A stretch of 44,668 bases of DNA, from assembly GCA_002502175.1 (NCBI GenBank), contig DAPQ01000002.1, forward strand, positions 1 to 44,668, read 5' to 3'. Made by a program: the position numbers and the translations under genes. This document shows, piece after piece, positions 26,541-37,545 of the stretch; within the stretch, counting starts at the first letter, position 1; every line of letters begins with the position of its first letter. Under the pieces are notes generated by a model, which worked only from the letters and a program-made list of their open reading frames with translations, ran no database searches and was not told the origin of the DNA. The stretch comes from Euryarchaeota archaeon UBA19 (GTDB lineage Archaea > Thermoplasmatota > Poseidoniia > Poseidoniales > Thalassarchaeaceae).

Positions 26541-28147
26541 TTCAGTCAGATCCTCTAACATTCATCACCCTAACACCACTTGCTGTCGGTTTAGCCCTGT
26601 TGATTCTACCATACCTAGCTCCTGCAAGTATGGCGGATTTCACTCGAAAAATTTCACGCTCACTTTCGATGGGAGTTGCTCTGGCAATCTTCGCCATTAC
26701 AACCGCATTATTCCTCGGTCAAATTGGTAATATCGATTGGCTAAATTTACAAGGTGAGTATGTTTTCCAAAATGAAGAAGTAACTCTACTGAAAAGTATC
26801 GGTGTACAATGGGTAGTCGGTGTAGACGCATTGTCTTTCCCAATGGTTTGGCTCACAGCCCTGTTAATCCCTATCTCCATGCTAGTTGAGTGGGACGCAA
26901 AGAAAGGACATCTGTTCCACCCGCTAATACTAATCATGGAGGGTGCACTGATTGGTGTATTCGTCGTACTCGACTTATTCGTCTTCTACGTCTTCTGGGA
27001 ATTGACTCTAATCCCGATGTTCTTCCTGATTTTGGTTTGGGGTGGAGACGACCGAAGATATGCTTCGATGAAATTCTTCATCTACACTTTCACAGCAAGT
27101 GTTCTGATGCTAATTGGTATCCTTGTAATGTACTTCCACACCGGTGAACATTCCAATCTAGAGACTCTAACCAAACACCATTTCGACTTGGTAGAAATGA
27201 CGGCTCAGGCCTCTGGAAATGGTCTGATTGCAGGAGAAGGTTTGCGCCACTTTGTTTGGCTCCTATTGCTGATTGGATTTGCCACAAAGATGCCTAGCGT
27301 ACCAGTTCACACTTGGTTACCAGATGCTCACGTTCAGGCACCAACAGCCGGCTCGATGCTGCTGGCTGGAGTCATGTTGAAGATGGGCGCATACGGATTC
27401 CTCAGAATCGCTGTGACCATCTTCCCAGAATCAACCGTAGTCTTCACTCCTTTACTGATTGTATTGGGAATGGCGAGCCTAGTGTACGGAGCCATAGTAT
27501 GTATGGGTCAGACAAATCTCAAGCGAATGGTTGCTTACTCATCCGTATCTCACATGGGATTGATTTTCCTTGGAATAGCAACCATGCAACCACTGGGAAT
27601 CGCCGGTGCGCTATTCATGATGTTTGCACACGGAATCATCAGCCCACTTCTCTTCGCTGTAGCTGGAGCCTTCAAGCATCACTACCACACTCTTGAGATT
27701 GGCTCGATGCGTGGAATCGCTCACCACTCTCCATGGTTGGCTGGGCATATGATGCTAGGTTGGATGGCGAGCCTTGGTCTTCCGTTATTGGCTGGATTCG
27801 TGGCTGAAATTGCAGTAATGATAGCCTTCTGGATGACTTTTGGATGGTTAGTAATTTGGCCAGCATTGACTCTAATCATTACTGCTGTATACTATCTAAC
27901 CAGTATGCAGAGAACTATTTTCGAGGGTGGAGATCCTCATGTTGGTGTACTTCCAGATACCATGCACGGAGAAGAACCTCGAGACATTACTTGGCATGAG
28001 AATGCTGGAATGTTTGTTTTGGGAGCCCTCACAGTATTGTTCGGAATCATGCCATTCATCTTCTGGGACATGATGTCAGATTGGTCTACAGAATTCATGC
28101 TAGAGACATTAGTTCAGGCTATGAATAGCCAGGGGGTGAAGCCCTGA
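26537..28147 (+). CDS. nuoM: Complex I-like antiporter subunit M
   Basis: FYVFWELTLIPM, HTWLPDAHVQAPTAGSMLLAGVMLKMG, AYSSVSHMG. TTG start at 26537 overlaps the nuoL stop and follows GGGGTGA. Confidence 0.96.
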   Translation: MIQSDPLTFITLTPLAVGLALLILPYLAPASMADFTRKISRSLSMGVALAIFAITTALFLGQIGNIDWLNLQGEYVFQNEEVTLLKSIGVQWVVGVDALSFPMVWLTALLIPISMLVEWDAKKGHLFHPLILIMEGALIGVFVVLDLFVFYVFWELTLIPMFFLILVWGGDDRRYASMKFFIYTFTASVLMLIGILVMYFHTGEHSNLETLTKHHFDLVEMTAQASGNGLIAGEGLRHFVWLLLLIGFATKMPSVPVHTWLPDAHVQAPTAGSMLLAGVMLKMGAYGFLRIAVTIFPESTVVFTPLLIVLGMASLVYGAIVCMGQTNLKRMVAYSSVSHMGLIFLGIATMQPLGIAGALFMMFAHGIISPLLFAVAGAFKHHYHTLEIGSMRGIAHHSPWLAGHMMLGWMASLGLPLLAGFVAEIAVMIAFWMTFGWLVIWPALTLIITAVYYLTSMQRTIFEGGDPHVGVLPDTMHGEEPRDITWHENAGMFVLGALTVLFGIMPFIFWDMMSDWSTEFMLETLVQAMNSQGVKP

Positions 28148-29820
28148 TGTTGACCATTGAAGAAATGGAAATATTGCTACCTGAGTTGACTCTGGTTGCA
28201 GGTATTATTCTCGCTGTTTTAATTCCAAATCTTGGAGACTCAACTCTGAGAATTCCTCTAACGAGAACTCGCATTCCAGTCTTTATCGGTGGAACTCGCT
28301 TCAAGAGTACATCCGACCCCAGACTTCCTGCTCGAATTGCAATTCTGGCCCTATTCGTAGCATTTGTGTTTTCTTTCCTAGAAATTAAATCTGCATCTGG
28401 TGAGGTTGGCGGTGTTATCGAAATCACTTCATTCACTAGAATGATGTCGTTCGTATTCTATGGAGCACTCCTCCTAGCGGCGATTGCTACCACCTACAGA
28501 ATGCCTGCTCGGCTTTCTGCTAGAGCTCCAACCGAGAAAGATTCAGAATCTCGAGCAGAGGCTCTTGTAGCCGCTTTGATGGATAATCGCCGTCAGGTAG
28601 ATTTCCACATTCTGCTGATGATGGTTGGACTCGGAATGGGTCTCATGGCCATGGCTTCGAATCTCTTCTTCATGTTCGTTGCAATCGAGTTGGCGAGTCT
28701 CGCTGCATATGTATTGGTTGCATTCCACAAAGAGGAAGAAGTTGGAGGCGAGGCCGGTGCCAAGTACTTCATCGTCGGTTCAGTTGCTAGTGCTACTGGA
28801 ATCTATGGAATGTCCTTGGTTTATCTTTGGTCAGGAGACCTTGATTTCGATGCACTAGCCGCCTCTTGGGCGGCTATGGATGGATTAGATCCATTCGCGG
28901 TCATTGGAGTTGGATTGATGTTGGTCGCTTTCGGATTCAAGGTCAGCGCTGCGCCTTTCCATCTCGCCGCACCTGACGCATATGCTGGTGCCTCTTCACC
29001 AGTTGCAGGTGTGCTGGCTACTGCTTCCAAGGCGATGGGTTTTGTCGCCCTCTTCAGAGTTCTAATCGAGGTCACCATGCCCGAAGAGGGAGAGGCTCTT
29101 TGGTTTGGCATTCTCGCAATTATCGCCGTAATTACGATGACTTGGGGTAACCTAGCAGCATTAACCAGTGAAAATCCAAAGAGGATGTTAGCCTACTCGA
29201 GCGTTGCCCACGCTGGATACATGCTGGCCGCAATGGCTGCTGTCGGTAGCGGATTAGGCGACTCATCAACAACCGAGCTAGTATTGGTTGCTATCGTCTT
29301 CCACCTTACAATTTTGGTTCTGTTCAAACTAGGTGCATTCCTAGTTCTTGGTATGCTTGAGACAGAAGGTCGAAGTCACCGCTTGGAAGACCTTCACGGT
29401 CTCGCTCAGCGAGACCCGTTGATTGCAGGTTCGATGTTTATCTTCATGCTAGCATTGGCTGGAGTTCCGCCATTATCGGGATTCCTTTCGAAATTGTTGA
29501 TGATCAACGGAATCGTAAATATTAGCGCTGGCACTGGTAGCACATCTGCAGATGGAATTATTCCTTGGGCCGAGACTGTCGACCCAGTATTCTGGCTTGC
29601 AATGGCAATTGTATTGAACAGTGCTCTGTCTCTATTCTACTATCTTCGAATCGGCCTGGTTATGTTCTTCGAAGCCCCTGAAAACGCTAAGCCTCTTAGA
29701 AAGGCATTACACCTACGGAACACCATCCTAGTGCTCACAGTACTAACGGTATTCTTCGGTATTGGTTCAGGTGCAGATTATCTTCTAGAACTCGTCAAGG
29801 AAGCTGTATCTGATCTTTGA
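28147..29820 (+). CDS. nuoN: Complex I-like antiporter subunit N
   Basis: EAGAKYF, FKVSAAPFH..APDAY, KRMLAYSSVAHAGY, LAGVPPLSGF, FYYLRI. Confidence 0.96.
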   Translation: MLTIEEMEILLPELTLVAGIILAVLIPNLGDSTLRIPLTRTRIPVFIGGTRFKSTSDPRLPARIAILALFVAFVFSFLEIKSASGEVGGVIEITSFTRMMSFVFYGALLLAAIATTYRMPARLSARAPTEKDSESRAEALVAALMDNRRQVDFHILLMMVGLGMGLMAMASNLFFMFVAIELASLAAYVLVAFHKEEEVGGEAGAKYFIVGSVASATGIYGMSLVYLWSGDLDFDALAASWAAMDGLDPFAVIGVGLMLVAFGFKVSAAPFHLAAPDAYAGASSPVAGVLATASKAMGFVALFRVLIEVTMPEEGEALWFGILAIIAVITMTWGNLAALTSENPKRMLAYSSVAHAGYMLAAMAAVGSGLGDSSTTELVLVAIVFHLTILVLFKLGAFLVLGMLETEGRSHRLEDLHGLAQRDPLIAGSMFIFMLALAGVPPLSGFLSKLLMINGIVNISAGTGSTSADGIIPWAETVDPVFWLAMAIVLNSALSLFYYLRIGLVMFFEAPENAKPLRKALHLRNTILVLTVLTVFFGIGSGADYLLELVKEAVSDL

Positions 29821-29906
29821 TTCAGTAAAGAGTCAGCCATAATCACCCATTTCCGGTCTAATCAACAAGGCATGGTTTCACATAGGGGTCTCTCGACCGA
29901 CGCCCA

Positions 29907-30452
29907 ATGGCGCGTCGGGAGGAGCGTGTGGACACAGAGTTGCTGGCGCAGCTTGAATCTGGTGCTGGCGATAAAATCCGCGTAACCCTCCCGAATAAGA
30001 AAATCAACGAAATGTTCGCTATCGCAGACCAAATCCTTGGTGGTCGAAGAGTTAGAGCGGTTTGCGAAGATGGTGAGAGTCGATTGGCGCGAATTCCAGG
30101 AAAGATGCGAAGACGCCAATGGGTTCGCGAGGGTGATCTGGTAATTGTTCAACCATGGGATTTCCAAGATTCAAGAGCAGATGTAAGGATGCGCTATACC
30201 AAGACTCAGTCAATCTATCTTTCACGAAAGGGCGTCTTGCCTGAGATAGTCGATTTATTCGGAATGACCGATGATCAAATTCACGAACAGGATGAGGATT
30301 ACGAAGTTGTCGAGTCCGGTGCAGTGGAAGAGGATACAGCAACCGAAGAGGCCGAAGAAGTCGAAACGGCAGAAGAAGAAGTTGTTGAAGAGCCGAAGAC
30401 CTCGACCTTTGCTGATGATGACGATGATGACATCGACTCATTCTTCGGGTGA
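29907..30452 (+). CDS. eif1a: Translation initiation factor aIF-1A with long acidic C-terminal tail
   Basis: LGG..V...CEDG..RLARIPGKMRRRQWVREGDLVIVQPW, RYTKTQ. Confidence 0.95.
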   Translation: MARREERVDTELLAQLESGAGDKIRVTLPNKKINEMFAIADQILGGRRVRAVCEDGESRLARIPGKMRRRQWVREGDLVIVQPWDFQDSRADVRMRYTKTQSIYLSRKGVLPEIVDLFGMTDDQIHEQDEDYEVVESGAVEEDTATEEAEEVETAEEEVVEEPKTSTFADDDDDDIDSFFG

Positions 30453-30457
30453 GGAAG

Positions 30458-31339
30458 ATGGCAGATCCCGACTGGGAAGATGTTGATCCAGACGCTCTAA
30501 TGAGATCGGCGAAGCAACATGATTGGATGACGGAGCCGCGCTTCAAGCGAATGTTTGAGGAAATCGAAGACAAATTGCAAGGTGTTCTTGGCTCCGGTCA
30601 ATATGATTGGGTCGATAGGCGAGTATTCGACGCCGTCTTCGATCGTTCCACTCTGATGTCTTTGCACAAATTGATGCAGGCAGGTGAGATAGAAACTGTA
30701 GATTATCCAATCGCTCGCGGTAAGGAGGCTCACGTATTTCATGCAACCACAAACCAAGGACCGGCTGCAGTGAAAATTTTCCATACTACAAATGCCGTCT
30801 TCAAAAGTCTTGCAAAATACATCGATGGCGACCCACGATTCGGTGGACTAAAGCGCCGTCATCGTGAATTGGTAAAGATCTGGGTTCGCAAGGAATACCG
30901 TAACCTGCGCCGAATGCGAAAAGCCGGAATCAGAGTTCCAAGACCCAGAGCGATTCTAAACAACGTCTTGGTGATGGATTTAATCGGTGATGAAAGCGAA
31001 CCTTCTCCTCGCCTGAAGGACATAACTATCGATGATCCGAAGGGAGTCTTCGACGACCTTCTTGAGATACTTGCAGTTTGTTGGCAGACCTGTGATCTTG
31101 CTCATGCAGACTTTAGCGAGTACAACATTCTCTGGTACGATGGCGAGCCATGGGTAATTGATGTCGGTCAAGCAGTAGTTAGTGCTCATCCTTCATCAAA
31201 TGAGTTCCTAGTTCGAGATGTCACTCGCCTCGTTGAGTGGATTAATCGACAAGGATACGAGGTAAATCTCGCTGACTCTTTGTTAAGAGTGCTCGAGGAA
31301 CCGGTTCCAAACTACCCCGCTCTTTCGGGCGGGGATTAA
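30458..31339 (+). CDS. rio1: RIO1-type serine/threonine kinase
   Basis: GKEAHVF, AVKIF, YIDGDPRF, KEYRNL, HADFSEYNIL, IDVGQAV; conserved position between aIF-1A and Dim2. Confidence 0.93.
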   Translation: MADPDWEDVDPDALMRSAKQHDWMTEPRFKRMFEEIEDKLQGVLGSGQYDWVDRRVFDAVFDRSTLMSLHKLMQAGEIETVDYPIARGKEAHVFHATTNQGPAAVKIFHTTNAVFKSLAKYIDGDPRFGGLKRRHRELVKIWVRKEYRNLRRMRKAGIRVPRPRAILNNVLVMDLIGDESEPSPRLKDITIDDPKGVFDDLLEILAVCWQTCDLAHADFSEYNILWYDGEPWVIDVGQAVVSAHPSSNEFLVRDVTRLVEWINRQGYEVNLADSLLRVLEEPVPNYPALSGGD

Positions 31340-31365
31340 AACGGGACGGCGGGTCGCCCGCTTTC

Positions 31366-32094
31366 GTGGAACCCCTAGCCCGCATACCCAAGGACCGCAT
31401 AGCGGTGCTAATTGGCAAGGCTGGACGTACTCGCAAGATGCTTGAGAAAGCAAGTGGCGCGAGTTTGGAAATCGATTCCCAAACCGGTGACGTATCGGCT
31501 ATTTGGGAAGTGGATGAACCAGATCCAATCGTGAAAATGAAAATGCCTGATGTAATCCGCGCGATTGGACGTGGACTAGCACCAAATCGCGCGGTGAAAT
31601 TACTCGATGATGAGGTATTTCTTCGAATGTACGACATTCGTGAATGGGTAGGACGTCAGCCAAACCAGACACGCCGAATGCGAAGCCGATTAATCGGAAG
31701 GAACGGACGCATTCGTAGCTTAATCGAAGAGATGTCCCAAACCGAGATGGCAATCTACGGCTCTACAGTTTTGGTAATTGGGGACGAGGATGGTCTAGCG
31801 CTAGCCACCCCTGCAATTGAGAATATTCTCAATGGAGCCGAACATGGAACAGTTCTACATGGCCTAGAACAAGATCGCAAGCGTATGAGAATACAATCTC
31901 GTAGTCTTGACACATATGATACCGGTAAAGGATCATCCGATGCCTTTGACGCATTAGTTCCTGGACTCGCAGATGCCCGACGCCGACGTGAACGCAGATT
32001 CAAGTCTGCTCAAGTTGATCCAGATGATGAGGAAGAAGTCGCTGAGATGTTAGAATTGGCAGAAGACGAGTCAATAACTTACGGCGAAGAGTGA
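31366..32094 (+). CDS. KH-domain RNA-processing protein (Dim2/Pno1-like)
   Basis: RIAVLIGKAG, AIGRG, RLIGRNGR, GAEHGTV. Confidence 0.92.
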   Translation: MEPLARIPKDRIAVLIGKAGRTRKMLEKASGASLEIDSQTGDVSAIWEVDEPDPIVKMKMPDVIRAIGRGLAPNRAVKLLDDEVFLRMYDIREWVGRQPNQTRRMRSRLIGRNGRIRSLIEEMSQTEMAIYGSTVLVIGDEDGLALATPAIENILNGAEHGTVLHGLEQDRKRMRIQSRSLDTYDTGKGSSDAFDALVPGLADARRRRERRFKSAQVDPDDEEEVAEMLELAEDESITYGEE

Positions 32095-32140
32095 TTTCTA
32101 CAGCCGCCACGCCTAAGCGCAGGTGCTTTCTCGACAGGCC

Positions 32141-33418
32141 GTGAACTTGCTAGAGGAGTGGTACGATTACGAGCGTTTGGTAATCCAAGCGCTCGCCGTA
32201 ATAATGACATTATTCTGTATTGGAGCATTCCTTGGAACTTTGGATGTGTCTAATCCATTATCTGATTTTGTCTACAAATATTATCTCGATCCAATCATTG
32301 GAGAATCAACTGGGGATTCCGGTTACAATATGGTCAACACCATGACCTATGGAATCGTTCTGGCCATGTTTGTAGTAGCAATGTCTGGCTGGCTGAGGCA
32401 TTTGGGAGTCGATGGCTCTGACAGAACGCTACTGGCATTACTTCCATTCGTGCTTTGGGCGGCACTTGGGGAGATTGTAGAAGACGCAGAAATGTTTGGC
32501 GAATTCTTCTCGGCATGGTTTGTAAGTCCTGGAGTTCACTTCCAGACAGCTGCTTGGGTAATTATCGCTGGCTGGTTTGGATATTCAATCCATAACTCGG
32601 AATCGAGCGATGAAGAAAAGGCCGAGAAGGTAAAATCCGCTTCGATGATTATCATCTTCACTCAATTTGTAATCTATGCTAATTCAATCGATGGTAAAGT
32701 TGACTTCGATATCTCATTGATGCTATTCTTCAGCCTGATTGCGTTCTTTTCCCCGCATATTTTGGAATCCAGCGCTGATGGTTTTGACAATATCCAGCGC
32801 ACAGTCTACTTTTCAGGAATCGGCGGTTGTCTAGTTCTCTTCGGAGCCATTGCATCGTATTTGTCTTCAATCGACATAACTCAAATTGACAATTATCCAT
32901 ACAATTTCGTTGCAGTGGTCGTAGTTATTGGATTCCCAGTAGTACTGTGCTGGTTCATGCTAGAACAAGGAAGAGAGGCCGCCGCAGAACTGGAATCTCA
33001 AGGAATCATTGCAGGAATTTTACCACCTGGAATGAACGAAGATGAATACATGGCACTCGAATCGGAGCAGAAGACTCTGATTGAATCCCTACGACTGAAG
33101 GCAACAATGGCATATCCGGTTGCATTCCTTCCCGTTGCCGGCCAGTTGATGGATGGTATTGCTACATACATCGGCATCGACTTCTTTGGATACACTGAGA
33201 AGCACATAGTATCGGAGGCAGTGGTGCAATTGTTCGATACCGCACTGACTTTTGCAGTCCTTAAGTTAGGAATTGGTGGAGTTGTATTCTGGTTCTATTC
33301 AATGGCCAACTTCGAGTATCGTCAACAGCATCTCCGACTATTGATTGGGCTTGCGCTAATGGTGGTTGGAATGGCCCCCGGATTGCGTAATGTCGGGCGA
33401 TTGATGTTGGGTGTCTAA
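32141..33418 (+). CDS. DUF63-family archaeal multi-pass membrane protein
   Basis: [34 protein letters not shown]. Start uncertain (GTG 32123 or 32141). Confidence 0.75.
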   Translation: MNLLEEWYDYERLVIQALAVIMTLFCIGAFLGTLDVSNPLSDFVYKYYLDPIIGESTGDSGYNMVNTMTYGIVLAMFVVAMSGWLRHLGVDGSDRTLLALLPFVLWAALGEIVEDAEMFGEFFSAWFVSPGVHFQTAAWVIIAGWFGYSIHNSESSDEEKAEKVKSASMIIIFTQFVIYANSIDGKVDFDISLMLFFSLIAFFSPHILESSADGFDNIQRTVYFSGIGGCLVLFGAIASYLSSIDITQIDNYPYNFVAVVVVIGFPVVLCWFMLEQGREAAAELESQGIIAGILPPGMNEDEYMALESEQKTLIESLRLKATMAYPVAFLPVAGQLMDGIATYIGIDFFGYTEKHIVSEAVVQLFDTALTFAVLKLGIGGVVFWFYSMANFEYRQQHLRLLIGLALMVVGMAPGLRNVGRLMLGV

Positions 33419-33485
33419 TCACGACATCTACGATGTCGTCTCCATTGGATTCAAGGTTCGCCGGCAGTCTCGCGGGTTGATTGCG

Positions 33486-35096
33486 ATGGACAGATTGCCG
33501 ACCCGAGTCGACCGTTCCGGCCAAGATTGGCAGCGTAGAAGGGAGCAAAACCTTGCCTTAGCTGCCGACCTCAAGGAGCGATTGGAAGCAGTAAAACAGG
33601 GTGGCGGCGGAAAATATGTCGAGAGACATCGTTCTCGAGGAAAGATGCTTCCTAGAGAGCGAATAGCAGAAATTTGTGATCCAGGAAGCCCTTTCTTGGA
33701 ATTGTCTAGTCTGGCGGCGAATGAACTGTATGATGGTAAAGCCCAGTCGGCTGGAATCATTACCGGAATCGGCTTAGTTCATGGCCGAGAATGCCTATTC
33801 GTTGCAAACGATGCTACCGTCAAGGGCGGATCCTACTACCCTATGACGGTGAAGAAGCATATTCGAGCCCAAGATGTTGCAGATGCTAACAATCTACCAT
33901 GCATCTACCTTGTCGATAGCGGGGGGGCATTCTTACCGATGCAAGACGAGGTTTTCCCCGACATCGGTCACTTTGGCCGCATCTTCCGAAATCAAGCCAT
34001 GATGTCGGGCAAAGGAATTCCACAGGTAGCAGCGGTTCTGGGAAGTTGTACAGCAGGAGGTGCATACGTTCCAGCAATGTCGGATGAATCGATTATCGTC
34101 AAGGGAAATGGAACAATTTTCCTCGCTGGTCCACCACTGGTCAAGGCGGCGACAGGCGAGGAGGTTAGCGCCGAAGATTTGGGCGGCGCTGATGTTCACA
34201 CCAGAGAATCTGGTGTGGCTGACCATTTCGCAGAAAATGAGGAGGAAGCCCTACGCATGGTTCGTAATGTTGTAGAGAATCTCAACATCGAGCCAAAGCA
34301 AAGATTGGACGTTAAGCCAGTAGAAGCACCCGCTCACGATACTGAGGACTTGATGGGAATAATCCCCACAGACAATCGTACACCATTCGATGTTCGCGAA
34401 GTAATTGCTAGAATCGTTGACGGTTCTCGCTTCCATGAGTTCAAACCGCGCTATGGAAATACCTTGGTTTGTGGCTTTGCTAGAATACACGGCTATCCCG
34501 TTGGTATAGTAGCAAACAATGGGATTCTATTCTCCGAGTCATCTCTCAAAGGTGCTCACTTTATCGAATTATGTGGTCAGCGTGGAGTGCCACTAATCTT
34601 CTTGCAGAATATTACAGGATTCATGGTTGGCCGCGACGCTGAGTCTGGCGGTATTGCAAAGGATGGTGCTAAACTCGTAACCGCTGTATCTTGTGTCCCT
34701 GTTCCTAAATTTACAGTAATTATCGGAGGCTCTCATGGGGCTGGAAATTATGGAATGTGTGGCCGAGCATACGACCCACGATTCCTATTCATGTGGCCCA
34801 ACGCAAGAATTTCTGTAATGGGTGGGCCACAAGCAGCGGATGTTCTTGCTACTGTCAAACAAGATCAACGAGCCCGAGAAGGATTGTCTCCGATGTCGGG
34901 CGAAGAATTGGATGAGTTCCGTCGACCAATCCTAGAGAAATATGAGACCGAAGGCTCGCCTTACTACTCAACCGCCCGTCTTTGGGACGATGGGGTAATC
35001 GACCCACGTGACACTAGGGATGTACTAGGACTAGCAATATCGGCGAGCCTTAACGCCCCATTCCCAGACAATGGATATGGCGTATTCAGGATGTGA
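33486..35096 (+). CDS. liuB: 3-methylcrotonyl-CoA carboxylase beta (carboxyltransferase) subunit
   Basis: [58 protein letters not shown], terminal GVFRM. Confidence 0.92.
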   Translation: MDRLPTRVDRSGQDWQRRREQNLALAADLKERLEAVKQGGGGKYVERHRSRGKMLPRERIAEICDPGSPFLELSSLAANELYDGKAQSAGIITGIGLVHGRECLFVANDATVKGGSYYPMTVKKHIRAQDVADANNLPCIYLVDSGGAFLPMQDEVFPDIGHFGRIFRNQAMMSGKGIPQVAAVLGSCTAGGAYVPAMSDESIIVKGNGTIFLAGPPLVKAATGEEVSAEDLGGADVHTRESGVADHFAENEEEALRMVRNVVENLNIEPKQRLDVKPVEAPAHDTEDLMGIIPTDNRTPFDVREVIARIVDGSRFHEFKPRYGNTLVCGFARIHGYPVGIVANNGILFSESSLKGAHFIELCGQRGVPLIFLQNITGFMVGRDAESGGIAKDGAKLVTAVSCVPVPKFTVIIGGSHGAGNYGMCGRAYDPRFLFMWPNARISVMGGPQAADVLATVKQDQRAREGLSPMSGEELDEFRRPILEKYETEGSPYYSTARLWDDGVIDPRDTRDVLGLAISASLNAPFPDNGYGVFRM

Positions 35097-35100
35097 AATT

Positions 35101-35970
35101 ATGCAAGGCACGAAAATGAGTGACGCAAAACCCGTAGCCGAACTTTGTAGCCTCGAGATAGATGGCGCTATTGCGAGGCTCACACTACGCCGCTCAGATG
35201 TATTCAACGCCCTAAACGTACAGTTGATTTCAGAAATGGTCGAAGCGCTAAGTTGGACCGCGCAGAGATCAGTAGGGGCGACTCAATCCCTGCACGATTC
35301 TGATGGTGCCGAATATCTGCGAGTAATTGTTCTTCGCGGAGATGGAAAGCACTTCTGCGCCGGCGCGGATATCAATATGATGCGAGATGCCGGCGCGGCA
35401 ACACCAGAAGAAAACCGAGCAGATTCAGAAAGACTTGATCGCCTATTCTATTCACTTTGGGCTCATCCTTGCTTTACCGTTGGTGCAGTGCAGGGTGTAG
35501 CCCTTGGAGGAGGCGCAGGACTCGTAGCCTGCGTCGACCACGCAATTGGTGAACCACGTACAAGAATCGCTCTTTCCGAAGCCAAATTAGGTATTCTTCC
35601 AGCAGTGATTGGACCCTATGTGTATCGTAAGTTAGGCAGTGCCGAATTCCGCAGACTTTCGATGCTGGCTAGCAGAGTTGGTTCAGAAGAAGGACTACGA
35701 ATTGGTTGGCTAAACGAAGTAGTTGATTCACCTCTAGACTTCGATGAGGCTATCGGACGAGTAGTTGCAGATGTGATGACTACCGGTCCAATGGCGGTGG
35801 CTGAATCTAAGAAGCTGGCCATGACCTTCGATACTTGGAATGCAGGAGATGATGAATTACGACTTTGGACACTCGACAAGACAAGCCAAATGCGCGGTTC
35901 TAGAGAAGGTCAAGAAGGCCTCTCTTCCTTTCTTGAGAGAAGAAAGCCGGATTGGGTACCAGAAGAGTGA
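35101..35970 (+). CDS. liuC: Crotonase-family enzyme, probable methylglutaconyl-CoA hydratase
   Basis: FCAGADI, GVALGGG, SEAKLGILPAVIGPYV, EGQEGLSSFLERRKPDW; located between MCC genes. Confidence 0.82.
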   Translation: MQGTKMSDAKPVAELCSLEIDGAIARLTLRRSDVFNALNVQLISEMVEALSWTAQRSVGATQSLHDSDGAEYLRVIVLRGDGKHFCAGADINMMRDAGAATPEENRADSERLDRLFYSLWAHPCFTVGAVQGVALGGGAGLVACVDHAIGEPRTRIALSEAKLGILPAVIGPYVYRKLGSAEFRRLSMLASRVGSEEGLRIGWLNEVVDSPLDFDEAIGRVVADVMTTGPMAVAESKKLAMTFDTWNAGDDELRLWTLDKTSQMRGSREGQEGLSSFLERRKPDWVPEE

Positions 35971-35979
35971 GTTGGCATA

Positions 35980-37533
35980 ATGATTCCAGATTGGATGACC
36001 TCGGCTCCTCGCCCATTCGACACGGTCTTGGTTGCTAATCGAGGGGAGATTGCAGTCAGGGTATTACGGGCTGCCAAAGAATCTGGACTTCGTGGTGTTG
36101 CGGTTTATTCCGACCCTGATGAAGGATCCCTACACGTCGAAAATGCAGATCAGGCTGTGCATCTTCCGGGCACTACTCTAGCGGATACTTATCTCAATGG
36201 AGATGCCATTATCGAGGCCGCCCGCTCTACGGGTGCTCAAGCGATTCATCCAGGTTTTGGATTCCTTTCTGAGCGGGCTGATTTTGCAAATGCGGTCAAG
36301 TCTGCAGGTCTAATTTGGATTGGACCACCTGCAGCTGCAATCGACACAATGGGTGACAAGATTTCTGCCCGCCGCTGTATGATAGAATCAGGAGTTCCGG
36401 TAATCCCTGGTGAAGAAATTTCCATTGGGGGTGATTCTGATCATCTAGGTGTTCTAGCTTCTGCAGCGGCTCGTGTTGGTTATCCTCTCTTGCTGAAAGC
36501 AAGCGCTGGGGGAGGAGGAAAAGGAATGCGCTCAGTACACGAGCCGAAGATGCTGCGAACAGAATACGAAGCCGCGGCTAGAGAAGCAACCGCAGCATTC
36601 GGTGACGGCACCGTATATGTCGAGAGACTTCTGAAAGGTGCACGTCACGTCGAAATCCAAGTTCTAGCAGATAGTCAAGGGAATTGTATTCACTTGAACG
36701 AAAGGGATTGTTCACTTCAACGCCGACACCAGAAAGTCATCGAGGAAGCCCCGAGTCCAGCGGTCACTCCGACAATTCGAGAAGCGATGGGTGAAGCGGC
36801 TGTTCAGGCAGCAAAGGCGGTCGATTACGAAGGAGCAGGAACAGTTGAGTTCCTACTTTCTGACCGAGGTGAATTCTTCTTCTTAGAAATGAATACCCGT
36901 CTTCAAGTAGAGCATCCGGTAACTGAGATGATTACTGGAATAGATATCGTACAGAAGCAATTTGAAGTTGCAGCAGGATTACCACTTGGATTGTCTCAAT
37001 CCGATATAGGAATCACTGGTCATTCTATGGAAGCACGAATCTATGCAGAAGATCCCAGCAAAGGATTCCTGCCAGCAATTGGTGACCTAGCGATGTGGCG
37101 TGCACCAGCAGGCCCCGGAATCAGGGTCGACACTGGCGTTCGAGAAGGAGATGCGGTGACCGTCGACTTCGATCCGATGTTAGCCAAATTAATCGTTCAC
37201 GCCCCAACAAGAACTGCAGCTGCAAGACGCTTAGACAATGCACTCTCCGACCTAAGGGCTCTTGGAGTAATAACAAACATTGGATTCCTTCGTCAAATGA
37301 CTACCCATCCGGATTTTATTTCGGGTGGAATAACTACTGATTATTTGGATTCCAGAGATATTTCTGATTTCGCTGAGCCAGATCCAGATCCTGCTATTCT
37401 TGTGGCAATTGCCGCAGCAGCAAGTCGATTCGGACTTGACCGTGCAGGCTCAGGGTCATCTGAGTCGTTTGTCGATGAACATACAGGGCACAGCGGAGAC
37501 CCATTCAGGACCTTGACGAGGTCATTTCCCTGA
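35980..37533 (+). CDS. liuD: Biotin carboxylase (N-terminal part of MCC alpha subunit)
   Basis: LVANRGEIA, IHPGFGFLSE, KASAGGGGKGMR, RRHQKVIEEAP, EMNTRLQVEHPVTE, RVDTG. Confidence 0.9.
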   Translation: MIPDWMTSAPRPFDTVLVANRGEIAVRVLRAAKESGLRGVAVYSDPDEGSLHVENADQAVHLPGTTLADTYLNGDAIIEAARSTGAQAIHPGFGFLSERADFANAVKSAGLIWIGPPAAAIDTMGDKISARRCMIESGVPVIPGEEISIGGDSDHLGVLASAAARVGYPLLLKASAGGGGKGMRSVHEPKMLRTEYEAAAREATAAFGDGTVYVERLLKGARHVEIQVLADSQGNCIHLNERDCSLQRRHQKVIEEAPSPAVTPTIREAMGEAAVQAAKAVDYEGAGTVEFLLSDRGEFFFLEMNTRLQVEHPVTEMITGIDIVQKQFEVAAGLPLGLSQSDIGITGHSMEARIYAEDPSKGFLPAIGDLAMWRAPAGPGIRVDTGVREGDAVTVDFDPMLAKLIVHAPTRTAAARRLDNALSDLRALGVITNIGFLRQMTTHPDFISGGITTDYLDSRDISDFAEPDPDPAILVAIAAAASRFGLDRAGSGSSESFVDEHTGHSGDPFRTLTRSFP

Positions 37534-37538
37534 GGTGA
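37532..37538 (+). promoter_or_regulatory. Shine-Dalgarno GAGGTGA overlapping the upstream stop codon
   Basis: Lies 7 nt before ATG 37546. The same motif precedes nuoB (18419), nuoI (22398) and the deaminase (42763). Confidence 0.75.
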
Positions 37539-37545
37539 AAAAAAG

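Noticed and set aside
37531-37533. Selenocysteine recoding of the in-frame TGA
   Set aside because: The position is a non-catalytic linker, no SECIS is evident, and the TGA is part of the recurrent GAGGTGA RBS.
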